Source: Nitrospirota bacterium
Lineage (GTDB): Bacteria > Nitrospirota > UBA9217
Assembly (NCBI GenBank): GCA_963737155.1
Contig: CAVTRN010000002.1
Span: forward strand, 2,624,001 to 2,688,000
DNA length: 64,000 nt
Direction: 5' to 3'
Shown: piece by piece, positions 38,488 to 48,234 of the stretch
Layout: the number at the start of each line of letters is the position of its first letter
Numbering within the stretch: position 1 is the stretch's first letter
Made by a program: the position numbers and the translations under genes
The notes under the pieces: generated by a model
The model's input: only the letters and a program-made list of their open reading frames with translations
Databases searched by the model: none
Told to the model about the DNA's origin: nothing

Positions 38488-39726
38488 ATGATTACCTTTA
38501 TCATCTGTGCGACAATCTCCATCTTAGGTATCGTTCTCTATCTGCTCCAGGCGGGCGCGGCATGTTTCCTCGTCAGAAAGAACGGGCGTACTTCAGCAGC
38601 ATCGGATCGCCACGGCGATTCCTTTCCTCCCGTCTCAATCCTCAAACCCCTACGCGGGCTAGATGATAATCTCTTCGACAATCTCTCAAGCTTCTGTACC
38701 CAGGACTATCCCGAATTCGAGTTACTACTTTCCCTCCAGGACCACAATGATCCCGCATACAAAATAGCAAAAAAGATCCAGGAAAAACACCCGAAAATAA
38801 ATATCACGATCGTCGTGGAGCAGTGTGCAGTAGGGCTCAATCCCAAGATCAACAATCTCATTCCTGCATACCGGAGGTCCCGTCATCCTTACATCCTCAT
38901 CAGTGACAGCAATGTGATGGTTGAGAAAAACTATCTGCGGGAGATCATGCATCATACCCAGGACCCGGCTGTCGGGCTTGTGAGCAACCTGATTAAAGGC
39001 GTCGGCGGCCGCAGTATTGGCGCCCGCTTAGAAAATCTTCATCTAAACTCTTTTGTTATCGGTAGTGTCAGTTTTCTCGACCGGTTTCTCGGCATGCCCT
39101 GCGTCATCGGCAAATCCATGCTCATGAGAAAAGACGACCTGAACCTTCTAGGCGGGCTCGAAAAATTCAAGGATATATTGGCTGAGGATTTTATTATTGG
39201 AAGGGAAATGTCACGGGTAGGGAAAAAAGTCGCCCTCTCACATCATCTCGTCAGCAATGTTAATGAGTTCTGGAGCATCAAGCGGTTTCTAAACCGCCAC
39301 ACGCGATGGGGCAAAATCAGATGGAAAATCGGTGGATATAAGTACTTCTCGGAACTCCTCGCGAACCCGGTTTTCATCTCTGCGATCCCGAACCTCACAT
39401 CAGGTTTTTCACGGACCACAGTATCGTTCACAGCACTCATTGCCCTTATCAAGGTCCTCGGCGATTCAATAATCGGTAGAACCCTGGAGTCGTTGAAAAA
39501 CAACGATACATTCAAGAAGCAATCACCTTTCATCTATTTCCTTACGCCAATCAAGGATCTTATCATCGGCATAATCTGGTTCGTACCCTTTGTGAGTTCA
39601 ACTGTGATATGGCGCGGAAACCGATACCGTATCGGTAAAGACACCTCTTTATTACCCTGTCACGAGTCCGGCTTCTGGTCATGGGGTTATCGAATTACGG
39701 ACAGAATACGAGAAAGAGTAGCGTAA
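38488..39726 (+). CDS. Ceramide-glucosyltransferase-like (GT21/HpnI-like) lipid glycosyltransferase
   Basis: SILKPLRG, NPKINNL, SDSN, LAED, RHTRW; SD aggagg before MITFII. Confidence 0.9.
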   Translation: MITFIICATISILGIVLYLLQAGAACFLVRKNGRTSAASDRHGDSFPPVSILKPLRGLDDNLFDNLSSFCTQDYPEFELLLSLQDHNDPAYKIAKKIQEKHPKINITIVVEQCAVGLNPKINNLIPAYRRSRHPYILISDSNVMVEKNYLREIMHHTQDPAVGLVSNLIKGVGGRSIGARLENLHLNSFVIGSVSFLDRFLGMPCVIGKSMLMRKDDLNLLGGLEKFKDILAEDFIIGREMSRVGKKVALSHHLVSNVNEFWSIKRFLNRHTRWGKIRWKIGGYKYFSELLANPVFISAIPNLTSGFSRTTVSFTALIALIKVLGDSIIGRTLESLKNNDTFKKQSPFIYFLTPIKDLIIGIIWFVPFVSSTVIWRGNRYRIGKDTSLLPCHESGFWSWGYRITDRIRERVA

Positions 39727-39846
39727 ATTACTGAAATTTCAGCGTTCGAAGTTTGCTGTAGAGAGTTTTAACTATGTATCCGGAACTTGGTTTTTACCAT
39801 GATTTTAGCAATATGAGCTTTAAACTCTTTTCACGCAAGGAGTTCA

Positions 39847-41688
39847 ATGACCTGCAACCGTATTTTCAAGCTTGACGTCAAGTTCAATGGCCCCCTTCAA
39901 GACAAGCTCTTCACGATAGTAAAGGGGCCCCTTGAGCATGTCCTTGCTTTCCCCCGGTTAAACCGGGCATATGCCGACATCGCCCGGATGACAGATAACC
40001 GTCCGTTCACGGAAAAGGTCCTGGATGTGTTAAACGTAAACTATGATATCAGCGACAAGGACCTTTCAAAAATAATGATACCGACAGGGCCAGTAATTGT
40101 CGTTGCAAACCACCCTTTTTGTGGCATTGAATGCATTATTCTGGCGTCGCTCTTACGATCAATTCGCTGCGATGTGAAATTCATTGCAAACCACCTGCTT
40201 ACTGCGATTCCGGAAATGCGCAATCTGCTCATCCCGGTGAATCCCTCCAAACAGAAGAATGCTGTGAGTGAAAATATAATGCCGCCCCAGGAAAGCATCC
40301 AGTGGGTAAAAAATGGCGGCATGCTTGTTATTTTCCCCGCCAGCGCGGTGTCTCATTTCGACATCCAGCATGTCTCAATAACCTCCCCGACGTGGAGCAC
40401 CAGTGTCGCTGAGATCATCAGGAAAACGGGGGCGCCGGTTCTTCCCGTTTTTTTTAAAGGCACGTACAGCGCTGTTTTCCATATGGCGGGGATGGTTCAT
40501 CCGCTTGTCAGAACAGCGATGCTACCGAATGAACTGCTCAACAAGGGACGCAAAAATATCCAGCTTCGCGTCGGGAACCTCATTCCTTTTAAGAAATTGA
40601 GGACGATCGAACAGGACTACGAAATGTCGGAGTATCTCAGGTTGCACACCTATCTTTTGGAATTTAACCGAACCCGCAAGGGATACCACGGATTCACATC
40701 CTCCCTGCGATTGAAAAAAGAAAACCTGGGTGATGTCATTATGTTGCCCCGCAATGCTGATATGATGGGCGAGGAACTCCACAGGCTTGCACCGAGCCAA
40801 ACCCTGGTTGAGAGTGGAGACCATGTCGTGATACAGGCCACGGCCGACCAGATCCCAAATATCTTATTAGAAATCGGACGGTTGCGCGAGATAACCTTCC
40901 GCGCTGTCGGCAAAGGGACGGGGAAGTCGGAGGATATCGACCGCTTCGACCACACCTATATCCACTTGTTCAGTTGGAACCTGTCGAAACAGGAAGTAGT
41001 CGGTGCCTGCCGTCTCGGGAGAACCGACGCTCTTGTTAAAAAGCACGGACTCAAGGGACTTTACACCAGCACCCTCTTCCAGTATAAGCCTGAATTTATC
41101 GAACGACTCGGTACCTCTCTCGAAATAAGCCGTTCCTTCATCCGACTCGAATGCCAGAAGTCCTATGCGCCGTTGCTGTTGCTCTGGAAAGGCATCGGAC
41201 GGTTCATTGTGGACAATCCCCACTACAAGACGCTGTTCGGTCCTGTCAGTATTACCGACGGCTATCGTGCCTTATCGAGGGAGTTAATCGTAAAATTTTT
41301 ACAAATGACCCGGTATCGTGACGACAAGACCGTATTGGTGAAGGCCAGGAAATCGCTCAAGTCAAAACCGTTCAGAGGATGGGATGTAGATGCTGCTAGC
41401 AGGATCATTAAAGACGACATCGAGGACATATCGGAATTAATATCCTCCATCGAATCGGACCACAGAGGAATCCCGATACTCTTGAAACAATACCTCAAGC
41501 TGGGCGGTAAAATCGCCGGGGTCGATGTTGATCCGGCTCTCGGAAACGTGCTCGATGGCTTGGTCATAGTCGACCTCACGAAGACGAAGCAACGGATGCT
41601 GGACCGATACATGGGCAAGGAAGGCGCCGAACTCTTCATGACGTATCAAGAAGCGTTAAAACGCGACCGCTATGCGACCTGCGCCTGA
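39847..41688 (+). CDS. PlsC-acyltransferase plus GNAT fusion (OlsF-like aminolipid synthase)
   Basis: VVANHPF and IFPA in the N-domain; EIGRLREITFR, DIDRFD, LLLLWKGI, FGPVSI, PILLKQYLKLG in the C-domain. Confidence 0.8.
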   Translation: MTCNRIFKLDVKFNGPLQDKLFTIVKGPLEHVLAFPRLNRAYADIARMTDNRPFTEKVLDVLNVNYDISDKDLSKIMIPTGPVIVVANHPFCGIECIILASLLRSIRCDVKFIANHLLTAIPEMRNLLIPVNPSKQKNAVSENIMPPQESIQWVKNGGMLVIFPASAVSHFDIQHVSITSPTWSTSVAEIIRKTGAPVLPVFFKGTYSAVFHMAGMVHPLVRTAMLPNELLNKGRKNIQLRVGNLIPFKKLRTIEQDYEMSEYLRLHTYLLEFNRTRKGYHGFTSSLRLKKENLGDVIMLPRNADMMGEELHRLAPSQTLVESGDHVVIQATADQIPNILLEIGRLREITFRAVGKGTGKSEDIDRFDHTYIHLFSWNLSKQEVVGACRLGRTDALVKKHGLKGLYTSTLFQYKPEFIERLGTSLEISRSFIRLECQKSYAPLLLLWKGIGRFIVDNPHYKTLFGPVSITDGYRALSRELIVKFLQMTRYRDDKTVLVKARKSLKSKPFRGWDVDAASRIIKDDIEDISELISSIESDHRGIPILLKQYLKLGGKIAGVDVDPALGNVLDGLVIVDLTKTKQRMLDRYMGKEGAELFMTYQEALKRDRYATCA

Positions 41689-42805
41689 TTTATCAAGCGG
41701 CGTGCAGCCCCGCCCGACCAAGGGGACAGATAAGTTGTTAAACAAACTGTTCTTTCTCATACCACTGGGAGTCATTGTCAACGTCTTATTTTGTCTAACT
41801 GCCGTTGACCGAGTGGCGTTCCGTGCTGCATTGCACGTTACGCCGTCGTATCTGGCCATTGCCATGCTCCTAAGCATCGTGCCCTGGTTCACCTGTTCTC
41901 TCCGTCTGTTCCTCTGGAGTAAATTTCTCGGTGGGAAAATGCGCTATCGCGACACATTCAAAATAGCGCTCGGCGCCGAACTCAGCGCGGCTGTCTCTCC
42001 GCCGTTCATTGGCGGAAGCCCGGTAAAAATCGGAGTGCTTATGAGCCGGGGATTTTCCGCTGGCACCGCCTTTTCGCTTTCGGTACTGGAAAATTTTGAG
42101 GATGCTCTTTTTCTTCTCGTTATGGTGCCGATCATGCTCACCCTTTCGTCGGCATGGAATCTGCCGATCGTGAAAGACGGATTGAGCGGTTTAAAGCACG
42201 CGCATTTCTGGATGCCGCTGTTAGGAATTGTGGCCGCTTCCCTGCCAGTCGCTTTCCTATTCCGGTTTCAATTAGAAGGAATAAACCGACGGTTTCCCGT
42301 TGTTCGGGGCATAACCGTTCGGCTCATTTCTTCTTTTCGCCAATTTATCGAGACATACCGCGCCATCATCCGTACCGGAAAAACATTTTTTGCCATGACT
42401 ATGACATTGACGGCTGCGCAGTGGATATGCCGGTATTCAATTATCACTTTCCTGCTGATGGGCCTCGGCATTCCGGCCCAGCCGTTGCTGTTCATGGCGC
42501 TTCAGGTAGTCGTTTTTGTGCTCTTGGCATTTATTCCTACGCCCGGGGGAGCGGGCGGAGCAGAGGCCCTCTTCTATCTCACATATCGTTCTTTATTGCC
42601 AGCTAATGCGATAGGAATCGTGATCGCTGGCTGGCGTTTTCTTACATTTTACTTTTTGCTGCTTCTCGCCTCAATACTATTGCTAGTGTTTAACAGATGG
42701 ACAACCGCCGATGAATTGATAAAAATGAAAAATCTTAGTTCTGAAGATGATTCCTTAACCGTTAGAAGTTGCAGTTATGTTCCTGGAGGAAACAATATAG
42801 ATTGA
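41672..42805 (+). CDS. Lysylphosphatidylglycerol-synthase TM / flippase-like membrane protein
   Basis: Multi-TM; SPPFIGGSP, PTPGGAGGAE and WRFLTFY motifs. Confidence 0.88.
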   Translation: MRPAPDLSSGVQPRPTKGTDKLLNKLFFLIPLGVIVNVLFCLTAVDRVAFRAALHVTPSYLAIAMLLSIVPWFTCSLRLFLWSKFLGGKMRYRDTFKIALGAELSAAVSPPFIGGSPVKIGVLMSRGFSAGTAFSLSVLENFEDALFLLVMVPIMLTLSSAWNLPIVKDGLSGLKHAHFWMPLLGIVAASLPVAFLFRFQLEGINRRFPVVRGITVRLISSFRQFIETYRAIIRTGKTFFAMTMTLTAAQWICRYSIITFLLMGLGIPAQPLLFMALQVVVFVLLAFIPTPGGAGGAEALFYLTYRSLLPANAIGIVIAGWRFLTFYFLLLLASILLLVFNRWTTADELIKMKNLSSEDDSLTVRSCSYVPGGNNID

Positions 42806-43498
42806 CCGCGGGCAATCGCCAGCCTGACATCCTCCTCGGTCTAACGACAGAGGATTCCTGAATCTGGCCCTAGAGCTACTAAGAGTTACTGCTGATTCTC
42901 TTCGTACATGCGGCAGAGAGGCCTGTCGCATCGCGGTTTATAGGCTGATATAGAAATCCAGTTTTTATCCTGGCAAACCCGTTAATTGCGGGCTGTTCCA
43001 AGCAGCCACTACCCCAGCAGATAGCTTTTGTTAATTTCGGTACCGCACCGATTGCAGATATATAGAGCTGCGATACATACGGCTGGATTTTATTATGCAT
43101 TACACATGCAACAGACATAGCTCATGTAAGTTCTCCTCTATTTTCGCAAGGCGGATGTCTTTGAGTCTGGGGTACGCGAGTATCTTGGCGATCCGGCCTA
43201 ACGGACATTGGTGGAACTACTGGTTTCCGCCGTTTCTCTACTCTTTGCCTTCTCTGATGTCTTTGAAGTCCTTCATTACAATCGCGGAGACACCGCGCGA
43301 GCGTCTCCCTCGCCGACAAGAGACTTGGCAAAGCTATAGAACGTTGTAGGCTCAACCATATTATCTCAGTGTATCATATAGATGATCATTTGATCACTTA
43401 CTACAGAGACCATATTTACATATTTGATTCAGAATCATCGCATTATATCCCCGTCCTCTAGACATCGGGCTTGCGGTGCGGATGATAAAGGAGAGACC

Positions 43499-44344
43499 GT
43501 GAAACCAACACACAAACCGTCAGTTTACTCAGGAAAACCCACTTTGCAAGGCATGCCGACGGCTTGTCAAACATTGGACTCTCCACCGCTAAACACGTTC
43601 AGTACACCCGACCGGCAAGGTGACTCAGGCCTGTTTAGGGAATACTCGACCGTTGTAACTCGGACAACACGCGACGCATGTTCGGCACGCTATGAAATCC
43701 TCGACACGGCAGAACGTATAGGAATGGCATACCAGAAAGGAGAACTCGTAAGCGCTCGGGAAAAGCTCTCGCTTCTCATAGGAGATACGGCAACACTTTC
43801 CACGGTAATTTCTAAAATTCTTGATTTTGCGATGATCGAGGCCGAGTCTTCAGAACCAGTGTATGAACGATTCAACATCACAGCACTTCTGCACGAAGTT
43901 ACACAGATGGGGCGTTTAATGGCCGCCAAAAAACCGATAACTGTTATGGACGTTTCGACCCTAGCTCCAATTGTCATTGAATCGAACCCCAGCATGATAT
44001 TCCGAATTATGACAGAGCTTATAGGCAATGCGGTTAAGTTTACCGACCGAGGCCGTGTGACCATAATCCTGTGCAATGAAGATGAACTTCTACGACTAAC
44101 CGTTGCGGACAATGGCAAAGGGATGACACATGAGCAGGTCCATGCCCTTTTTGGCACCTCCTATCGCGCGAACAATACTGAAGTGCAGGGGCAGGAAAAG
44201 TTCGGCCTAGGCCTCCGCATAGTCAAAAAATTGGTCAAGCGATTGGGTGGCAGCATTTCCGCGGCTAGTAAGATGGGAGAAGGAACAATCGTCGAGGTCA
44301 CGCTCCCGTTGAAAACTATGAACAGGTCTGAGTCGTGCGGATGA
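43499..44344 (+). CDS. Histidine-kinase-like ATPase lacking a recognisable H-box
   Basis: ELIGNAVKFT, DNGKGM, GLGL, SKMGEGT present; no His in the preceding helical segment; GTG start with SD aaggag. Confidence 0.75.
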   Translation: MKPTHKPSVYSGKPTLQGMPTACQTLDSPPLNTFSTPDRQGDSGLFREYSTVVTRTTRDACSARYEILDTAERIGMAYQKGELVSAREKLSLLIGDTATLSTVISKILDFAMIEAESSEPVYERFNITALLHEVTQMGRLMAAKKPITVMDVSTLAPIVIESNPSMIFRIMTELIGNAVKFTDRGRVTIILCNEDELLRLTVADNGKGMTHEQVHALFGTSYRANNTEVQGQEKFGLGLRIVKKLVKRLGGSISAASKMGEGTIVEVTLPLKTMNRSESCG

Positions 44345-44905
44345 GGAGAAACAAATGACGGCAAGGTCTTATTGCGGATAGTAGTCGGCTTTGACAAAGA
44401 CCGACCATCAAGAAGAAGGACAAATCGGGAAATGAGCAGGTCAGACAGATGGGAACATGCAAAATGCGGTCGGCGCCTAGGAGGAGCGTAAACAAAGGAC
44501 TTGGTGATGTGTCCCGTGGCAATGTATCGGGAATCTCACGGCACTCAATAAGAGGAATAAAGGCAGACAGGGCCTTTTAGGTCGTGGCTGGGATGCTGTG
44601 CGGCGGAAGGGCCCAGAAGTTCGCTGCGCAGAATCTATCGTAATGCTGGCGCCGTGTTTAAAAAAACAATCCAATTTCTACCATCTGCTATTTTATTGAT
44701 TGGCTAACAGATAATGTTCAGGACATCGTGGACTCCTCTGTTTTACTTGATATCAGAATGAGTGCAGAGAAATGCTTTCAACTTTATCAGCATTGAGCAA
44801 AATCGCCTTATCCCTTACATGTTACCGTATTAAGCAGTTGCGATTACACGATGTTGTGAATGTTTTTTGTGTCCACGATGTCCTGAACGTTGTCAGCTAA
44901 CTATT

Positions 44906-45282
44906 TTATTGTCTATTTATGATAAATTCCGGTTGGAACGAGCATTGAATGTCTACATTCCCCACGTCAGCGCTGGAAACGGTCCCAATGGCTTTCGTTA
45001 CCATACAAAACTGCGTTTCGGGTTGGTTTTTTACCGTGACATTGTAATTTTCTCCGTCAGCAATGGCTGTCGGAAAAGTGAAAGAAGTACTGTTTGCTGA
45101 AATCACAAGATCATCACAGCCGTTATTCTGAAGTACAAGTCCGTCGACGAAAAGGGCGGATATAGTACCACCTACCGTATAGTCGTGTAAATTTCTGCTG
45201 TTACCAGGCGCTCCGCTGCCGCAGGCAGGGAGCACAAGCAAACCTGAGATAACCAGATCCGAAACAGCCCACCTGTTCTCAT
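44906..45282 (-). pseudogene. Frameshifted lipoprotein with one Ig-like repeat
   Basis: ATG at 45282 is out of frame with lipobox LPAC; YTVGGTIS...LVLQNNG.DDL...YNVTVKNQP..QFC repeat. Confidence 0.55.
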
Positions 45283-45548
45283 ATCAATCCTTATATTATT
45301 CCTCAAGTTGCAATTCCCATCACACAAGGAGCGCTGAACGCCCGCGAGTCTCTCCGTGACAACCGCTAAACAGGCATAGTGCATCGCGGGATCGATAGTT
45401 TTTCCCACTATTTAGGATCACCCGCCCACCATTATCCTCTGTGCCGCAAACCCCGTTTCTTAATGGCGGGGGCATAAGGCGCCGGTTGTAATGCAGCCAA
45501 TTGAGAATTTTAGCAAAAGCTATGAAATATTCGCTTCTCTGGCACAAT

Positions 45549-46667
45549 TATTAATCGTCTCATAATAGTATTAACACTAATTATGCCGCATACTTTGTTG
45601 TTTCGTTATTAAAGTAAGCGCGCACACGATCAGGAGACTTTTGGATAAACCTCAAAGGACTGACTACTGCACCATGTAATTGTTCCGGTGAACTAATTGC
45701 CTGACGACCAACTGCATTGTTCTTCAGGTCATTCCAGACTCTCTCATCGGGATTCAGCTCTGGAGAATACGGCGGTAAAAAGAACAGACGAAACTTTTCC
45801 TTAATGGTTTCAATATAGTTAGAAACCTTGCGAGACTTGTGTGACGGATGACCATCAACGATGAGAAATATCATCCGTTTGCTGCCTTGAATAAGCCGCT
45901 TTATGAATTCAATAAATTGCTGCGACGCTACGCGACCTTTGACTACCATGAACCTAAATTCGCCTTGTGCACTAACAGCCGAAATCATATTCAATCCGAA
46001 GCGCGCTCCTGTGCTGCTCACAATCGGGGTCTCACCCTTCATGGCCCAAGTGGTGCCCGCATGATGATCAGAGCGAACGCCAGCTTCATCTCCAAAGAAG
46101 ATTTGAGCCTTCATGCGACGCGCCATGCTTCGTATCCGAGGATACTCCTTCTCCAGCCACTCCTGAACCGCTGCCGGCTTTTGCTGATAGGCACGCCAAA
46201 CAGGACGCTGTGGAGTCAATCCCAACTGTCCCAGCAAACGACAAACGGATGCTTTGCTCAATCTCATACCAAATCGCTTATATATTACCTGCCCAATGAT
46301 CTTCGCTGTCCACAGGGCATAGGTAAACTTCAACTGAAGCGGATTTTTCGTGGTCACAGTACGATAAACCCATTCTATAGCCTTAGCATCCATTTTTGGC
46401 GGGCGACCGCCTCGTTTGTTGGCATCAAGAGCACCCCAGCCCCCGTTTCGATATCGTGCCAACCAGCCATAGATGGTGACGCGATTTATACCCAGGGCTT
46501 TGGCCACCAGTTCGGGGCTTTGTCCTTCCTGGACACTATTTACCGCACGCTTTCTGAGCTCAGTCAGAGTTTTATGGTCAAGATTTCTCGCATCTGCTTT
46601 TTTCTTCATGAAAATAACTATACCACAGATGCAAGATTATGTCAATACTATTATGAGACGGTTAATA
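45549..46667 (-). mobile_element. Complete IS630-family insertion sequence
   Basis: Terminal inverted repeats ttaatcgtctcataatagtattaaca / tgtcaatactattatgagacggttaa (2 mismatches), each flanked by TA. Confidence 0.93.
45581..46609 (-). CDS. IS630 transposase
   Basis: HTH N-terminus; DDE motif GDEAG / IVDGHPSH / YSPELNPDE. Confidence 0.95.
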   Translation of the reverse strand: MKKKADARNLDHKTLTELRKRAVNSVQEGQSPELVAKALGINRVTIYGWLARYRNGGWGALDANKRGGRPPKMDAKAIEWVYRTVTTKNPLQLKFTYALWTAKIIGQVIYKRFGMRLSKASVCRLLGQLGLTPQRPVWRAYQQKPAAVQEWLEKEYPRIRSMARRMKAQIFFGDEAGVRSDHHAGTTWAMKGETPIVSSTGARFGLNMISAVSAQGEFRFMVVKGRVASQQFIEFIKRLIQGSKRMIFLIVDGHPSHKSRKVSNYIETIKEKFRLFFLPPYSPELNPDERVWNDLKNNAVGRQAISSPEQLHGAVVSPLRFIQKSPDRVRAYFNNETTKYAA

Positions 46668-46985
46668 ATAAACAACATTTACTTCGGAAGCTATATGTCT
46701 TACCGCATCATCACCGTCCCGGTTATGAGTTTGGTATACATACAGCATGCAGGCACCATGATAGTTCCAAGCATTTTTATAAATACACCCCTCGTTTTTT
46801 GGAAAATCAGAGAGCTTCACAAAACAGAATATATTAATTTAAAACCACCAAAACTCTTTTTGGCCTCAGAAGGGTCCCCCATGCCCGATGCGAAAAAAGC
46901 ACGTCAAAAACAGGATGCGAGCGCATCTCCCCACTTCGGCCATTCTGGTGCCCGTCATGTACATGCCAGCAGCAAAGAACACTGA

Positions 46986-47123
46986 TCATTTGTTCTTCAA
47001 TATTTCTTCGAACTGTTCCACTAGCTCGACAGTCCCACGGTTGAACTTAATCTTGATCGAGCCCGTGAACTTCCTGTCCATGAGTGTCTTGATAAAACCA
47101 ATGATCTTTGTCAGTTTTTCCAT
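46986..47123 (-). CDS. 45-aa small protein (below the ORF-track cutoff)
   Basis: SD ggtggag; MEKLTKIIGFIKTLMDRKFTGSIKIKFNRGTVELVEQFEEILKNK. Confidence 0.55.
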   Translation of the reverse strand: MEKLTKIIGFIKTLMDRKFTGSIKIKFNRGTVELVEQFEEILKNK

Positions 47124-47396
47124 CACTCCACCTTTTGTGCCCGCAATTTTGGATTATTATTGAGCCCTGTTGCACAAATCCCATGACATTAGTATGCGAA
47201 TTATAGAATATTTGGCCATCACAAATCAGGGAGATGAATGATGGCCTATAATTCCAAGGAATGTAACCACGAACAGACCTATCTTCTGGCACCCGTATCG
47301 CAAAGGTCGCAAGATTCTGAGCGGGAATCTGGTTCTGATCGATTACGCTATATCGCCGATAAAGTCTTCTGGGCTGACTGTTTTATTATGAGACCG

Positions 47397-48203
47397 TTAA
47401 TAACAGCGGTTCAAGACCAGCCCCAGAATCTTTTCCTTCGGAAGATACCGAAGAGCCTTCTTGACGTCGTCCTTTGAAGTCTTGCCAGCCTGAACAACGA
47501 CAAGGATCTTGTCTACCAGAGGCGCCATCGTCAGCACGTCGGCACCGGTTAGGATGGGAGGCACGTCGAAGATTATATACCGTTCAGGATAGCGGCTCTT
47601 TACGCTTGATACCAGCTCCTTCATGCGGGGAGAACCGAGGATCTCGGAGCTTTCATGCTGCAGGCGGCCGCCGGAAATAATCGTCATTTTCTCTATGCCG
47701 GTCCATGTGACCAGCTCTGAAACGGGCGAGCGGCCGGCAAGGTAATCCATGAGCCCCTTTTCTCCCCCGCAGCCCAGGTATTTATGGATGCTCTGCTTTC
47801 TCAAATCGCCGTCGACCAGCATGACTGTATGCTGGAACTCCCGCGCGATGGCGATGGCGAGATTGATGGCGGTGACGGTCTTTCCCTCGCCCGGGAGTGC
47901 GCTGGTAACCATGATCGTGTTGGCGCCCGAGTCTCTTGTCCGCTGCAGGACCTGCGTTCGCAATATCCTGAAGGACTCCGCCTCCCTGGTGTTGTCCAGA
48001 TACAGGAGACAGCGGTTTCTGGCGAGAAGCAGCGGGTCCAGAATGACCGACTGTGACTGGACATACGCCGGCGATATCCATCCAGACTGTTCCTTGTACT
48101 GTTCAGAGGCAGTATCCCAGAGGGAAGGCGGCGGTTTTTTCAGGTGCCCATTTCTGCCATTCTGTCTGATAAGGGCGATCGCTTCCTTGATCTTGTGCAT
48201 CAT
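47397..48203 (-). CDS. CpsD/CapB-family tyrosine autokinase-like protein
   Basis: ESFRILRT, SALPGEGKT Walker A, VDGDLR, FDVPP. Confidence 0.92.
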   Translation of the reverse strand: MMHKIKEAIALIRQNGRNGHLKKPPPSLWDTASEQYKEQSGWISPAYVQSQSVILDPLLLARNRCLLYLDNTREAESFRILRTQVLQRTRDSGANTIMVTSALPGEGKTVTAINLAIAIAREFQHTVMLVDGDLRKQSIHKYLGCGGEKGLMDYLAGRSPVSELVTWTGIEKMTIISGGRLQHESSEILGSPRMKELVSSVKSRYPERYIIFDVPPILTGADVLTMAPLVDKILVVVQAGKTSKDDVKKALRYLPKEKILGLVLNRCY

Positions 48204-48234
48204 CGGTTCTCTCCTTCGCACCAGAGCAGCTTCG

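Noticed and set aside
43150-43235. c-di-GMP-I riboswitch (contains tccggcctaa)
   Set aside because: The GGCAAA...GAAA...GACGCAAAG core is absent and there is no suitably placed downstream gene.
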